Part shown: in pieces, positions 56,183 to 64,000 of the stretch
Layout of the letters: each line of letters starts with the position of its first letter
Position numbering within the stretch: position 1 is the first letter of the stretch
NCBI GenBank assembly: GCA_964389135.1
Contig: CAYMDA010000002.1
Coordinates: 138,800-202,799 of the forward strand
DNA from: an uncultured Verrucomicrobiota bacterium
GTDB lineage: Bacteria > Verrucomicrobiota > Verrucomicrobiia > Limisphaerales > CAIMTB01
Length of the DNA stretch: 64,000 nt
Direction: 5' to 3'
The notes under the pieces: model-generated
The model's input: only the letters and a program-made list of their open reading frames with translations
Told to the model about the DNA's origin: nothing
Databases searched by the model: none
Translations under genes and position numbers: made by a program

Positions 56183-59100
56183 CTACCGGTCCCTGCCGAG
56201 TTCCTCGTAATAACGCCGTACCAGCTCACTGAAACGCGCCGGCACCGGATCCCGATCGATCGGCAGGAGCGCATCGTCCGACGTTCGCCGGGCCAGCTCG
56301 GCGTCCAGTTCCCGGCGGACTTCCACGAGCGGGTTCAGGATCTCGAGCTGAACGACCGCCCAGTCCGGCTTCCTGAGCGCGCGCCGCACCTCCAGCCGGG
56401 TCAGGCGCGCGCGCTCCCTGGCGGTGGCCACCTGGTCGCGGAGTTCCGGCATGTCGATGAGCTCCTCCACCTCGCGCAGGCGATCCGACCACGGCCCGAA
56501 GCCCTCCGAAGTGATGGGGCCGCCAGCCTGCGTTTCCGGACCGCCCGCATCCGCCCCGAGCAGCTCGTCGAGATCAAGGCCGCCGGGCCCGCCACCGCGG
56601 GAATTGCCGGAGGCGTCCGGGGATCCCCCGCGACCACCGCGCGCAAGGCGCGGGCCGTCGTCGGAACCACCCCGACCACCGCCACCGGACGGCTGATCGC
56701 CTCCACCCTGACCCTGGCCTTGCTGACCCTGACCCTGGCCTTCGCCTTGCTGGCCCTCCCCCTGCTGTTCGCCCGACTGGCCCTGGCCGCCGGCCTGTTG
56801 TCCTTCGCCCTGCTGCTGATCCTGACCCTGGCCCCCACCCTGACCCTGGCCCTGCTGGGCCTGACCCCGTTCGCCCTGGCCTTGCCCCTGGGGATTCTGT
56901 CCGTCCTGTCCCTGACTCGCCTGCCTGCCGTCCCCGGCGTCCTGTCCGTCCTGCGCTCCTTCGCCGGTCGCGTTCTGCCGGGATGGATCGCCGGGTCCGC
57001 GTCCTGCCTGCTGCGGATCCGAGGGCTGGCCGCCGCCGGCCGAGGCGAACTGGTTGGTGGTGGCGTTTCGGATTTCGCTCCGGAGCTGTTCGGCGAGCGC
57101 CTCGAGTTCGTCGCGCGCGAGGCGCAGCGCGCTGGTGTCGTCGCCGAGCACGCTTTCGGCGGCGCGCTCGACGCCGCGCCGGACGGATTCGAGATTGGCG
57201 AGGGCACGTTGGGCGGCCTCGCCGGCCTCGGGGACGAAACCCTCGCGAAGAATGTCCGCCGCGGACGCGATGGACTTGGCGTCGCCCTGCTCCGCGTGTT
57301 CCCGGAGCTGCTGGTACAGGCGCTGGGTCATGCGGCCGCGGTCGATCAGCTCCTGCTGGAGCTGCCGGACCGCCTGCGACTCGTCCTGGCTGAACTGACG
57401 CAGCGTGTCGTAGAGGTGCTCGGAAACGAGCGGTTCGGAGCCTTCCGCGGCCTGGGAAAGCTGCGCGGCGCGCTGCACGAGGTTCGTGAGGCGGGCCTGC
57501 TGTTGTTCCAGTCGCTCGAGAACGGACTCGGGCACGTCGGGCGTGCCGAGGGCACGGCGCCCGCCCTGGTTTCGATTGGCGAGCTCGCTGACGATCTCCT
57601 CCTGCTGGCGCTCGAGTTCGCGCGCGGCGGCGCGCATTTCGCGCAGGTCCTCGGCGAACTCGCTGGAGTTCTGCCGGCGCAGGTCATCGCGCATGGTCTG
57701 GAGCTGGCGCTGGGCGCGGGTGCCGGCGGCGACGGCCTGGGAAATCTCCCCTTCGCCGGTTGCCTCGTTGGCACGCTGCATGTCCTGGCGTGCCTGCTCG
57801 AGCTGCTGCCGCAGCTCGGACATGCTGGACTGGTTCTCGGGCCGCTGGGTTCGCTGCTCGAGTTCGTCGAGGTCGGCGAGCGCGCGCTGCTGTTCCTCCT
57901 GGAGGCGCTTGAGCTGGCGCCGGAGTTCCTCGCGCTCGGCCTCCGTGCGCGCCTCCTGGAGGGCGGTCTGCAGCTCCTTGAGGCGCTGGTTAAGGTCCTG
58001 CTGGCGGCGGGCGAGCTCCTGGAGGCGATTGAGCACCTGCAGCTGCTCGCGCCGTTCCTGGGAGACCGGGGACTGAGCCTGGCGCTGCGTCTCGTAGCGG
58101 TTTTCGGACCGGGAGAGCTCGAGCTGATCCAGCTGTCGCTGATTGCCTCCGCCGCCGCCTCCGCCGCCGCCCCCGCGGCTCCGAGTCACCTCGGTTTCCC
58201 GGGCCTGCAGCCGCAGGAGAGCCTGGTAGGCGGCCTGTTCCGCCTCGAGCGCCGTGGCGAGCGCGGGGATGGAATCCGCGGCATCCCCGAGACGAACCAC
58301 CGCGAGGCTCATGTTCTCGATGACCTCCTCCCACTGAGCGCCCATGCGCGGGTCGCGGGCCTGTGCCGCCGCGGAATCGGCGCGATCCATCGCGTGCGCC
58401 TGCGAGTCCCGCACGACGACGACGTCGGACTTGTATCCCTCGCTGACGGCGCGGTGTTCGCGCTGCAGCTTCCACGTTGCCGTGATGATCTGCTTCTGAA
58501 GGCGGATGAGGTTCTCCGTCTCGCCTCCCCCCCCGCCGGCGCCCTGCTGGTTCTGCTCCTCGCCGCCCGAGTTCATCGCCTCGCGGAAGATCTCGTCGAA
58601 GGGACGCACCTCCGCGAAGAGCAGGTCGCTCGTCGTGCGGCGCACGTTGCCGTCGGGACCGATGTCATCCGCCCAGACGAACCACGAGATGAGTTCATCG
58701 GGCCGGACGCCGAGTTCCTCGAGTTTCAGCAGGTGCCGGAACGGGCGCCGTTCGGTCGCGGGCGTGCCGGTGCCGAGCTCGATCGTCCGGGTGGGGCTGC
58801 CTACGAGCGTGAACCCGATCCCGTGGGCGAGCACTCCGAAGTCATCCCACACCGTGCCCTCGAAGCGCACCTCCTCGAGTGCGGACGGTCGGATGTCGCC
58901 GCGGGGCGAGGCGAGTTTGATCTCGGGCGTGCGGTTCGGCAGAACCTCGAAGAAGAAGGGATCCGCCACCTTGTTCGTCCGGCCGTCCGCGTCGGTGAGC
59001 ACCAGGCTGTACGTGCCGCGAGTCTCGAGGGGAAAGGCGGGAAGGCTCGCGGCCGGGGCGTTCTCAGCGAGCGCCAGCGGGACATCGGGGACTCCCTCGG

Positions 59101-60061
59101 TTCGCGAGACCAGGACAGCCGACACGACTGGCTTGTTGAGCTGCAGGGCGAGGTCGAGGCGTGAACCTTCAACGGCCGTGACCCGGCGGGTGTTCTCGAC
59201 CCGCCGGCTCTGCTGCCCGGTGTACTCGGGGAAGGTGATCGTGGCGTCGGCGCGTTCCAGGCGGGGGTGCTCGAAGACACGGACCTTGTAGGAGCGCGTG
59301 CGCCTGCCGCCGTACTCGATCCGGTAGTTCGTGTCGTCCGTGATGCCGTCGATGGTCGCGCCGAAGACGGGATCGGACAGGCTGCGCTGGAGTGGAACGC
59401 GCCTTTCGGTGGCCTCGCTGGAGCCGAGCACCAGTTCGGCGGAGGCGGGCGGCTCATCACCGAACCGGGCGAGGACGACAAGGCTCATGCCCCGCTCGAG
59501 TTCGGTGTCACCGGGCGTGATCTCCACGCCGGATGTCCGTACGAGGAGGGGGGAGCCCGTGAGGCCGCCCGGCGGGCGGAGGGTCCACAGCGCGAAGACG
59601 AAGATCGCGAGCGTGGCGACCTGGGTGAGCTGGGCGGCCGCGATGCGACGTCCGGGCACCACGGCGGGCCACGAGTGCGTCCGGCTGTGGGCCACCGCGT
59701 CGCGGAGCACGCGGCGCTGGAGGTAGCCGAGGGGGACGTCCGGATCCGCGTGCTGCTGGGCCGCGGTCAGCACCAGTCCCTCGAGCTCGGGATGTGCGCG
59801 TTCCACCTCGCGGGCGGCGGTGAGATGGTTGAAACCGCGGGCGGCTCGGATGCCCGCGAGCAGGGCGATCCCGATCCCGATCAGGCCGACGATCGGAATG
59901 GCCAGGGGCGACGCCCAGCCGAGCGCCCGCTGGACGCCGAGGACGACGAGGGCGAACAGCGCGGCGATGAGCCAGCCGCCGGCGAGTCCCCGCCAGAAGT
60001 GATGCTGCCGCTGACGTGAGGTGACGGGTTCGAGGCGACTGCGCAGGAGCCTTTCAGTCAT
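56183..60061 (-). CDS. 1292-aa membrane protein: N-terminal TM helices, beta-rich region, long coiled coil, Gln/Gly low-complexity tract (DUF4175 / TIGR02302-like architecture)
   Basis: ATG 60061 overlaps the upstream stop (ATGA). TM helices include WLIAALFALVVLGV and AIPIVGLIGIGIALLAGI. There are several hundred residues of heptad-like E/R/Q/L sequence, then a GQGQ tract. The protein ends in PVPARFSELVRRYYEELG. Confidence 0.8.
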   Translation of the reverse strand: MTERLLRSRLEPVTSRQRQHHFWRGLAGGWLIAALFALVVLGVQRALGWASPLAIPIVGLIGIGIALLAGIRAARGFNHLTAAREVERAHPELEGLVLTAAQQHADPDVPLGYLQRRVLRDAVAHSRTHSWPAVVPGRRIAAAQLTQVATLAIFVFALWTLRPPGGLTGSPLLVRTSGVEITPGDTELERGMSLVVLARFGDEPPASAELVLGSSEATERRVPLQRSLSDPVFGATIDGITDDTNYRIEYGGRRTRSYKVRVFEHPRLERADATITFPEYTGQQSRRVENTRRVTAVEGSRLDLALQLNKPVVSAVLVSRTEGVPDVPLALAENAPAASLPAFPLETRGTYSLVLTDADGRTNKVADPFFFEVLPNRTPEIKLASPRGDIRPSALEEVRFEGTVWDDFGVLAHGIGFTLVGSPTRTIELGTGTPATERRPFRHLLKLEELGVRPDELISWFVWADDIGPDGNVRRTTSDLLFAEVRPFDEIFREAMNSGGEEQNQQGAGGGGGETENLIRLQKQIITATWKLQREHRAVSEGYKSDVVVVRDSQAHAMDRADSAAAQARDPRMGAQWEEVIENMSLAVVRLGDAADSIPALATALEAEQAAYQALLRLQARETEVTRSRGGGGGGGGGGNQRQLDQLELSRSENRYETQRQAQSPVSQERREQLQVLNRLQELARRQQDLNQRLKELQTALQEARTEAEREELRRQLKRLQEEQQRALADLDELEQRTQRPENQSSMSELRQQLEQARQDMQRANEATGEGEISQAVAAGTRAQRQLQTMRDDLRRQNSSEFAEDLREMRAAARELERQQEEIVSELANRNQGGRRALGTPDVPESVLERLEQQQARLTNLVQRAAQLSQAAEGSEPLVSEHLYDTLRQFSQDESQAVRQLQQELIDRGRMTQRLYQQLREHAEQGDAKSIASAADILREGFVPEAGEAAQRALANLESVRRGVERAAESVLGDDTSALRLARDELEALAEQLRSEIRNATTNQFASAGGGQPSDPQQAGRGPGDPSRQNATGEGAQDGQDAGDGRQASQGQDGQNPQGQGQGERGQAQQGQGQGGGQGQDQQQGEGQQAGGQGQSGEQQGEGQQGEGQGQGQQGQGQGGGDQPSGGGGRGGSDDGPRLARGGRGGSPDASGNSRGGGPGGLDLDELLGADAGGPETQAGGPITSEGFGPWSDRLREVEELIDMPELRDQVATARERARLTRLEVRRALRKPDWAVVQLEILNPLVEVRRELDAELARRTSDDALLPIDRDPVPARFSELVRRYYEELGRDR
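56700..56960 (-). repeat. Cryptic hexamer repeat (CTGACC/CTGGCC on + strand) encoding the Gln/Gly tract
   Basis: The plus strand reads ccctgaccctggccttgctgaccctgaccctggcc...ctgaccctggcccccaccctgaccctggccctgctgggcctgacc. It translates on the minus strand to QGQGQGERGQAQQGQGQGGGQGQDQQQGEGQQAGGQGQSGEQQGEGQQGEGQGQGQQGQGQGGG. Confidence 0.7.
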
Positions 60062-62148
60062 GGGGCACGCTCCTCTCCGGTTGCCATGCGCCGACTCTGC
60101 CATGCCGCGACCGCGGACTCCACGAGGAGCACCACGAGCGCGGCGAGCACCAGCCAGCGCCACAGTTTCTGGCGGCCCTCGGCTTCGATGGCGGCCAGTT
60201 GGATTTTTCGTTCGGAAGTGGGTCCCTCGAGCCCGACGGGTTCCGTCCGCACGGGCGCTCCGAAGCCCTCGAGGGTCTCCAGGGCCAGCGGCTGCGATCG
60301 CGATTCCGCGCCGTCGATGTTGACCGCGAAACGCCACGAGTCGTCCCCCGAAACCGCCGTGTAGATCCCGGGAATCGCGGTGTTTGTGAACACGCCCGCC
60401 GCGGCCGGCACCACCGACTCCGTTCCGTCGGGCAGGCGGATGCGGCACTCGTCGGCCGTCTCTGGAAGCGGGACCGGATCGCCGACGGTGACGACCGCCA
60501 GCGCGGCGCCCGACGCATGGCTGCCCAGTTCGATCATCGAGAAGAGCAGGGGCACGAACTTCGTGGAAAGCGCGAGCTGGCTGTCATCGGGGTGCCACCC
60601 GCTGGCAAGGACGAAGGCGCGGCCCTCTCCGAGGGGCTGTTCCATGAGCGCCGGGTCTCCGGAATCGAAGCGCCAGATGACGCGCGCGTCCGCCGGCGGT
60701 TCGAGGCGGCGGTAGCGCCAGAAGTGGATCCCGGTGAAGTCGCTGTAGCGCGGGTCGGCGAACGGTGCGAGGAGCGGATGGCTGAAATCGACGGCGCCGA
60801 GCATCGCGTAGTTCCGCGGCTGGACCTCGGTGGCGGCCGCGAAGCCGCCTCCGAGCACCGGCGCGAGCGACGCGAAGGTCTCGGCGGACCTGGGCGCCAC
60901 GACCAGGGTCTTGCCTCCGCGAACCTGCGCCGCGAGGCGGTCCGCGATCGCGGGCGAGACGGGGTCGGCGACGAAGTAGAATCGCGCGCCCTCGATCGCC
61001 GTGGAATCCGGGGCGCCGCCCGGCGGGTGCGGATTGACGTGAACGGCGAACGTTCCTCGGGAGGGAAGCGCACGCAGGAGGTAGAACAGCGGCTGACGGG
61101 CCTCGTCCGGCGACTCGTTTCCGAAGTAGAGCGCGGGGACGGCCAGGGTCCTGGGCGGGACGATGAAGACGCGGTTGTCGAACTCCACGTCGTCGCCGCG
61201 CAGGAGGATCTGGCTGGCGGATTCGTCCTCGGGAACGGCAAGGGCGACCGTTCGGGTCTGCCCGGGCGGCACCCGGACTTCCTCCGCCCGGCCGACGTAG
61301 CCATCCGCGCCCGCCCATCCCACGTCAAAGCGGTCTTCGGTGGAATCCGGGGCGTTCACGACCCGCACCCGGACGACGGCCTGGGTGCCCGGGTTGAGGG
61401 TGGATGGGTCGAGGACAAGCTGGAGGCCCGCGTTCCCCGGGGTGGACGGCTTCACCGGCTCAACGGCGACTTCCACCCCGCGCGGCCAGTCGAACGCCTG
61501 GAGGCGGTCGAGGCGGCTGCCCTCCTGAAAATCCGTGATGACCACGACGCGCATGGGCCCCGGTGCCGTGCGGTCCGCGGTTTCGACCAGGAGCTCCGAG
61601 GCGGCGGCGAGGGCGTCATCGAGATGGGTTGCGCCCCATCCCGGCTCGACATCGGCCATGCGGCTCCGGAGCAGCGCGTCGCGTTCCCCGAACGGGGTGG
61701 CCTGCCATTCCGTGAACGCGACCAGGGGACGGCTCTGGCGGTCGAACGTCCACGCGGCGAGTTCATCGGCCGCGGTCAGCGCGCGCGCATGGCGGAGGGC
61801 CCGCTCCCTTGCGGCATCCCACAGTCCGGGCCGGCGCATGCTCGCGCTGGTGTCGAGCAGGAGGACGACGCGGCGCGGCGGCCGGGCCGACGGATCCGCC
61901 ATCGCGCTGCGCTTGAGAAAGGGCCTCGCGAAACCGAAGGCGAGCAGCGCGAGGATGAGGCATCGCAGCGCGAGCAGCAGCAGGTCCTCGAGGCGGCTGC
62001 GCTGCGTGACCCTCGGGGGGGAGGGCGGCAGGAAGAGCAGCGAGCTGAACTGCGTCCGCTGGCGGGTCGTGCGGCGAATGAGGTGAAAGACGAGCGGGAA
62101 GAGCACGGCGGCGCCGCCGAGGAGGAACAATGGCGCGAGGAAGCTCAT
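60058..62148 (-). CDS. BatA-type N-terminal double-TM domain / von Willebrand factor A domain protein
   Basis: MSFLAPLFLLGGAAVLFPLVFHLIRR...LLLLALRCLILALLAFGFARPFL is the aerotolerance-regulator N-terminal (TIGR02226-type) domain. The MIDAS-like motif is VVLLLDTSASM. ATG 62148 overlaps the DUF58 stop (ATGA). Confidence 0.85.
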   Translation of the reverse strand: MSFLAPLFLLGGAAVLFPLVFHLIRRTTRQRTQFSSLLFLPPSPPRVTQRSRLEDLLLLALRCLILALLAFGFARPFLKRSAMADPSARPPRRVVLLLDTSASMRRPGLWDAARERALRHARALTAADELAAWTFDRQSRPLVAFTEWQATPFGERDALLRSRMADVEPGWGATHLDDALAAASELLVETADRTAPGPMRVVVITDFQEGSRLDRLQAFDWPRGVEVAVEPVKPSTPGNAGLQLVLDPSTLNPGTQAVVRVRVVNAPDSTEDRFDVGWAGADGYVGRAEEVRVPPGQTRTVALAVPEDESASQILLRGDDVEFDNRVFIVPPRTLAVPALYFGNESPDEARQPLFYLLRALPSRGTFAVHVNPHPPGGAPDSTAIEGARFYFVADPVSPAIADRLAAQVRGGKTLVVAPRSAETFASLAPVLGGGFAAATEVQPRNYAMLGAVDFSHPLLAPFADPRYSDFTGIHFWRYRRLEPPADARVIWRFDSGDPALMEQPLGEGRAFVLASGWHPDDSQLALSTKFVPLLFSMIELGSHASGAALAVVTVGDPVPLPETADECRIRLPDGTESVVPAAAGVFTNTAIPGIYTAVSGDDSWRFAVNIDGAESRSQPLALETLEGFGAPVRTEPVGLEGPTSERKIQLAAIEAEGRQKLWRWLVLAALVVLLVESAVAAWQSRRMATGEERAP

Positions 62149-63104
62149 AGGCTCATCCGCGCCCCGCCGGGCGCGAAACGGCGCACGCCGCGTCCCCGGC
62201 GCGTGCGGTCACGCAGGAATTGAAACAGCCCGTGCTCGAGGGGCTGGTGGGTCATGAGGCGATGCCATGCCACGCCGAGGCGCTGGCAGAGGGCGCGCAG
62301 GCTCGCGGTGTGCGCCTCGAGGCGCTCCCGGTACCGCGAGCGGACGGCGGCGGGGTCCACGAACAGCGTCCGGCCGGTCTCCATGTCCTCGAACCACGAA
62401 GGCTGCTCGAAGGCGAGCGACAGCTCGACCGGGTCCAGCACCTGAAACACCGAGAGCTCATGGCCGGCGGCCGTGAGCACCGTGAGGCTCTGCTCGAGAC
62501 GATCGAGCGGCGCGAGCAGGTCCGAGATGAGAACGATGAGGCCGCGTTTCCGGATGATCTCGGCGGCGCGCTGGAGCGGCGAGATGAGATCGGTCGTGCG
62601 GCCGCCCGCGGCCGTTTCCAGCGTGAGCATGAGCCGCCGGAGGTGCCCGATGCGATGGCGCGCGGGCAGGTAATCCCGCACCCGCTCGTCGAACGTGAGC
62701 AGGCCGGTGGCGTCGCCCTGCCGGTGCAGGAAGAACGCGAGCGTCGCGGCCAGCGTGGCCGCGTACTCGGCCTTCGTGTGGCCCACGGATCCGAGCGTCA
62801 TGGAGCGGCTCTGATCGACGAGGAGATGACAGCGGAGGTTCGTCTCGTCCTCGAAGCGCTTCACGAAGTGGCGGTCGCTGCGGGCGAGCACGCGCCAGTC
62901 GAGGTACCGGAGGTCCTCGCCCGGCGTGTACTGGCGGTACTCCGTGAACTCGACGGAGAACCCGTGGTAGGGGCTGCGGTGCAGCCCCGAGGTGAAGCCC
63001 TCGACGACGACACGCGCGCGCCACTCGAGATTGCGAATGGCCATGAGCACGCCCGGATCGACGAAGTCGGGCCGGGCGCCCGGCGTGCCGGAGGCGGAGC
63101 TCAT
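62145..63104 (-). CDS. DUF58 domain protein
   Basis: 319 aa from ATG 63104, which overlaps the MoxR stop (ATGA). Contains HRSPYHGFSVEFTEYRQYTPGEDLRYLDWRVLARSDRHFVKRFEDE, the DUF58 core motif. Confidence 0.9.
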   Translation of the reverse strand: MSSASGTPGARPDFVDPGVLMAIRNLEWRARVVVEGFTSGLHRSPYHGFSVEFTEYRQYTPGEDLRYLDWRVLARSDRHFVKRFEDETNLRCHLLVDQSRSMTLGSVGHTKAEYAATLAATLAFFLHRQGDATGLLTFDERVRDYLPARHRIGHLRRLMLTLETAAGGRTTDLISPLQRAAEIIRKRGLIVLISDLLAPLDRLEQSLTVLTAAGHELSVFQVLDPVELSLAFEQPSWFEDMETGRTLFVDPAAVRSRYRERLEAHTASLRALCQRLGVAWHRLMTHQPLEHGLFQFLRDRTRRGRGVRRFAPGGARMSL

Positions 63105-64000
63105 CGGGTGAGGGGCGGCTTGACCGAATCGAGCAGGCGCTGGATGACGTCCTCGACCCGGACGTTCTCCGCCTCGGCCCGGTAGTTCAGCAGGAGGCGG
63201 TGGCGCAGGGTCGGCGCGGCGAGCGCCCGGATGTCGTCCATCGTCACGTGGGCGCGCCCGCGCAGAAGCGCGCGCGCCTTCGACCCGAGGATGAGGAACT
63301 GGGCGGCGCGCGTGCCCGCGCCCCACGTCACCCATTCGCGGACGAACTCGAAGCCGCCGCCGGCGGAGGGGCGGGAGGCGGCGGCGAGCCGTACGGCGTA
63401 CCGGACGAGCTCCTCGGCCACGGGGACCTGGCGGACGATCTCGTGGAAGCGGAGGACGTCCTCGCCCGTGAACACCGGCTCGATGGGTTCGGCTGCGCGA
63501 CTGGTCGTCCGGAGGATGACCTCGACCTCCTCGTCCTCGGGGAGATAGTCCACGATCACGTTGAACATGAACCGGTCGAGCTGCGCCTCGGGAAGGGGGT
63601 AGGTTCCCTCCATCTCGATCGGGTTCTGCGTCGCGAGCACGAAGAACGGCGGCGTGATCGTGTGGCGCACGCCCGCCGCGGTGACCTGATGCTCCTGCAT
63701 GGCCTCCAGCAGGGCGGACTGCGTCTTCGGCGGGGTGCGGTTGATTTCGTCGGCCAGGATCATGTTGGCGAAGATCGGGCCCGGGATGAAGGTCATGCGC
63801 CGCTCGCCGGCGATCTCCTGGAGAATCTCGGTGCCCGTGATGTCCGCCGGCATGAGGTCCGGCGTGAACTGGATGCGCTGGAACTTCAGGTGGAAGATCT
63901 GCGCGATCGACTTCACGAGGAGCGTCTTGGCGAGGCCCGGCGCGCCCGTGATGAGGCAGTGACCGCCGGCGATGAGGGCGACGAGGATCTGTTCGATCAC
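63101..64000 (-). CDS. MoxR-family AAA+ ATPase (5' end beyond window)
   Basis: Walker A is GAPGLAKT. Also present: RIQFTPDLMPADITGTEI and ILADEINRTPPKTQSALLEAMQE (Walker B / AAA_3). It is truncated at position 64000. Confidence 0.95.
   Translation of the reverse strand: MIEQILVALIAGGHCLITGAPGLAKTLLVKSIAQIFHLKFQRIQFTPDLMPADITGTEILQEIAGERRMTFIPGPIFANMILADEINRTPPKTQSALLEAMQEHQVTAAGVRHTITPPFFVLATQNPIEMEGTYPLPEAQLDRFMFNVIVDYLPEDEEVEVILRTTSRAAEPIEPVFTGEDVLRFHEIVRQVPVAEELVRYAVRLAAASRPSAGGGFEFVREWVTWGAGTRAAQFLILGSKARALLRGRAHVTMDDIRALAAPTLRHRLLLNYRAEAENVRVEDVIQRLLDSVKPPLTR

Overview
Gene-dense DNA at about two-thirds G+C (hand counts of sample 60-nt lines give 63-68 %). I read it as a PVC-superphylum chromosome, most likely Verrucomicrobiota, with Planctomycetota not excluded. 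The basis is lineage-typical families: a DUF1501 + PSCyt/DUF1549/DUF1553 gene pair, a DUF1559-type prepilin-like protein, a membrane-bound-dehydrogenase/HEAT/cytochrome-c protein, and many Tat- or Sec-exported enzymes. I can support about 46 protein genes. They include a GldA/F/G-like ABC system, an OPT transporter coupled to a fused membrane/spermidine-synthase-like protein, mgtE, speA, pgm, a futalosine-pathway radical-SAM enzyme, ptsH, and a colinear nitrogen cluster glnK-amt-amt-glnA. By eye I found no rRNA, tRNA, CRISPR array, transposase or integrase. Most of the very long ORFs in the track (Arg/Gly/His/Asp-rich, antisense to recognisable genes) are high-GC shadow ORFs. The track also counts GTG/TTG as starts, so I trimmed several N-termini. 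Five things deserve a second look. (1) A ~1.7 kb low-GC tract (42-57 %) lies entirely within the outer sensor half of a transmembrane Ser/Thr kinase whose gene overlaps an ECF sigma factor gene by 8 nt. (2) A six-gene MoxR/DUF58/BatA-VWA envelope cluster is chained by 4-nt start/stop overlaps. It includes a 1292-aa Gln/Gly-rich coiled-coil membrane protein and a legumain-like protein with Ser in place of the catalytic Cys. (3) A 975-aa secreted protein is built from three ~1 kb tandem modules. (4) Two sigma-54-like promoters sit in intergenic DNA, one with an upstream dyad ahead of glnK. (5) A 391-nt gap shows coding-like periodicity, in frame with the preceding gene across its TAG. None of these is demonstrably a new system from sequence alone. 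The MoxR cluster and the sigma/kinase pair belong to recognised but functionally unsolved gene neighbourhoods.
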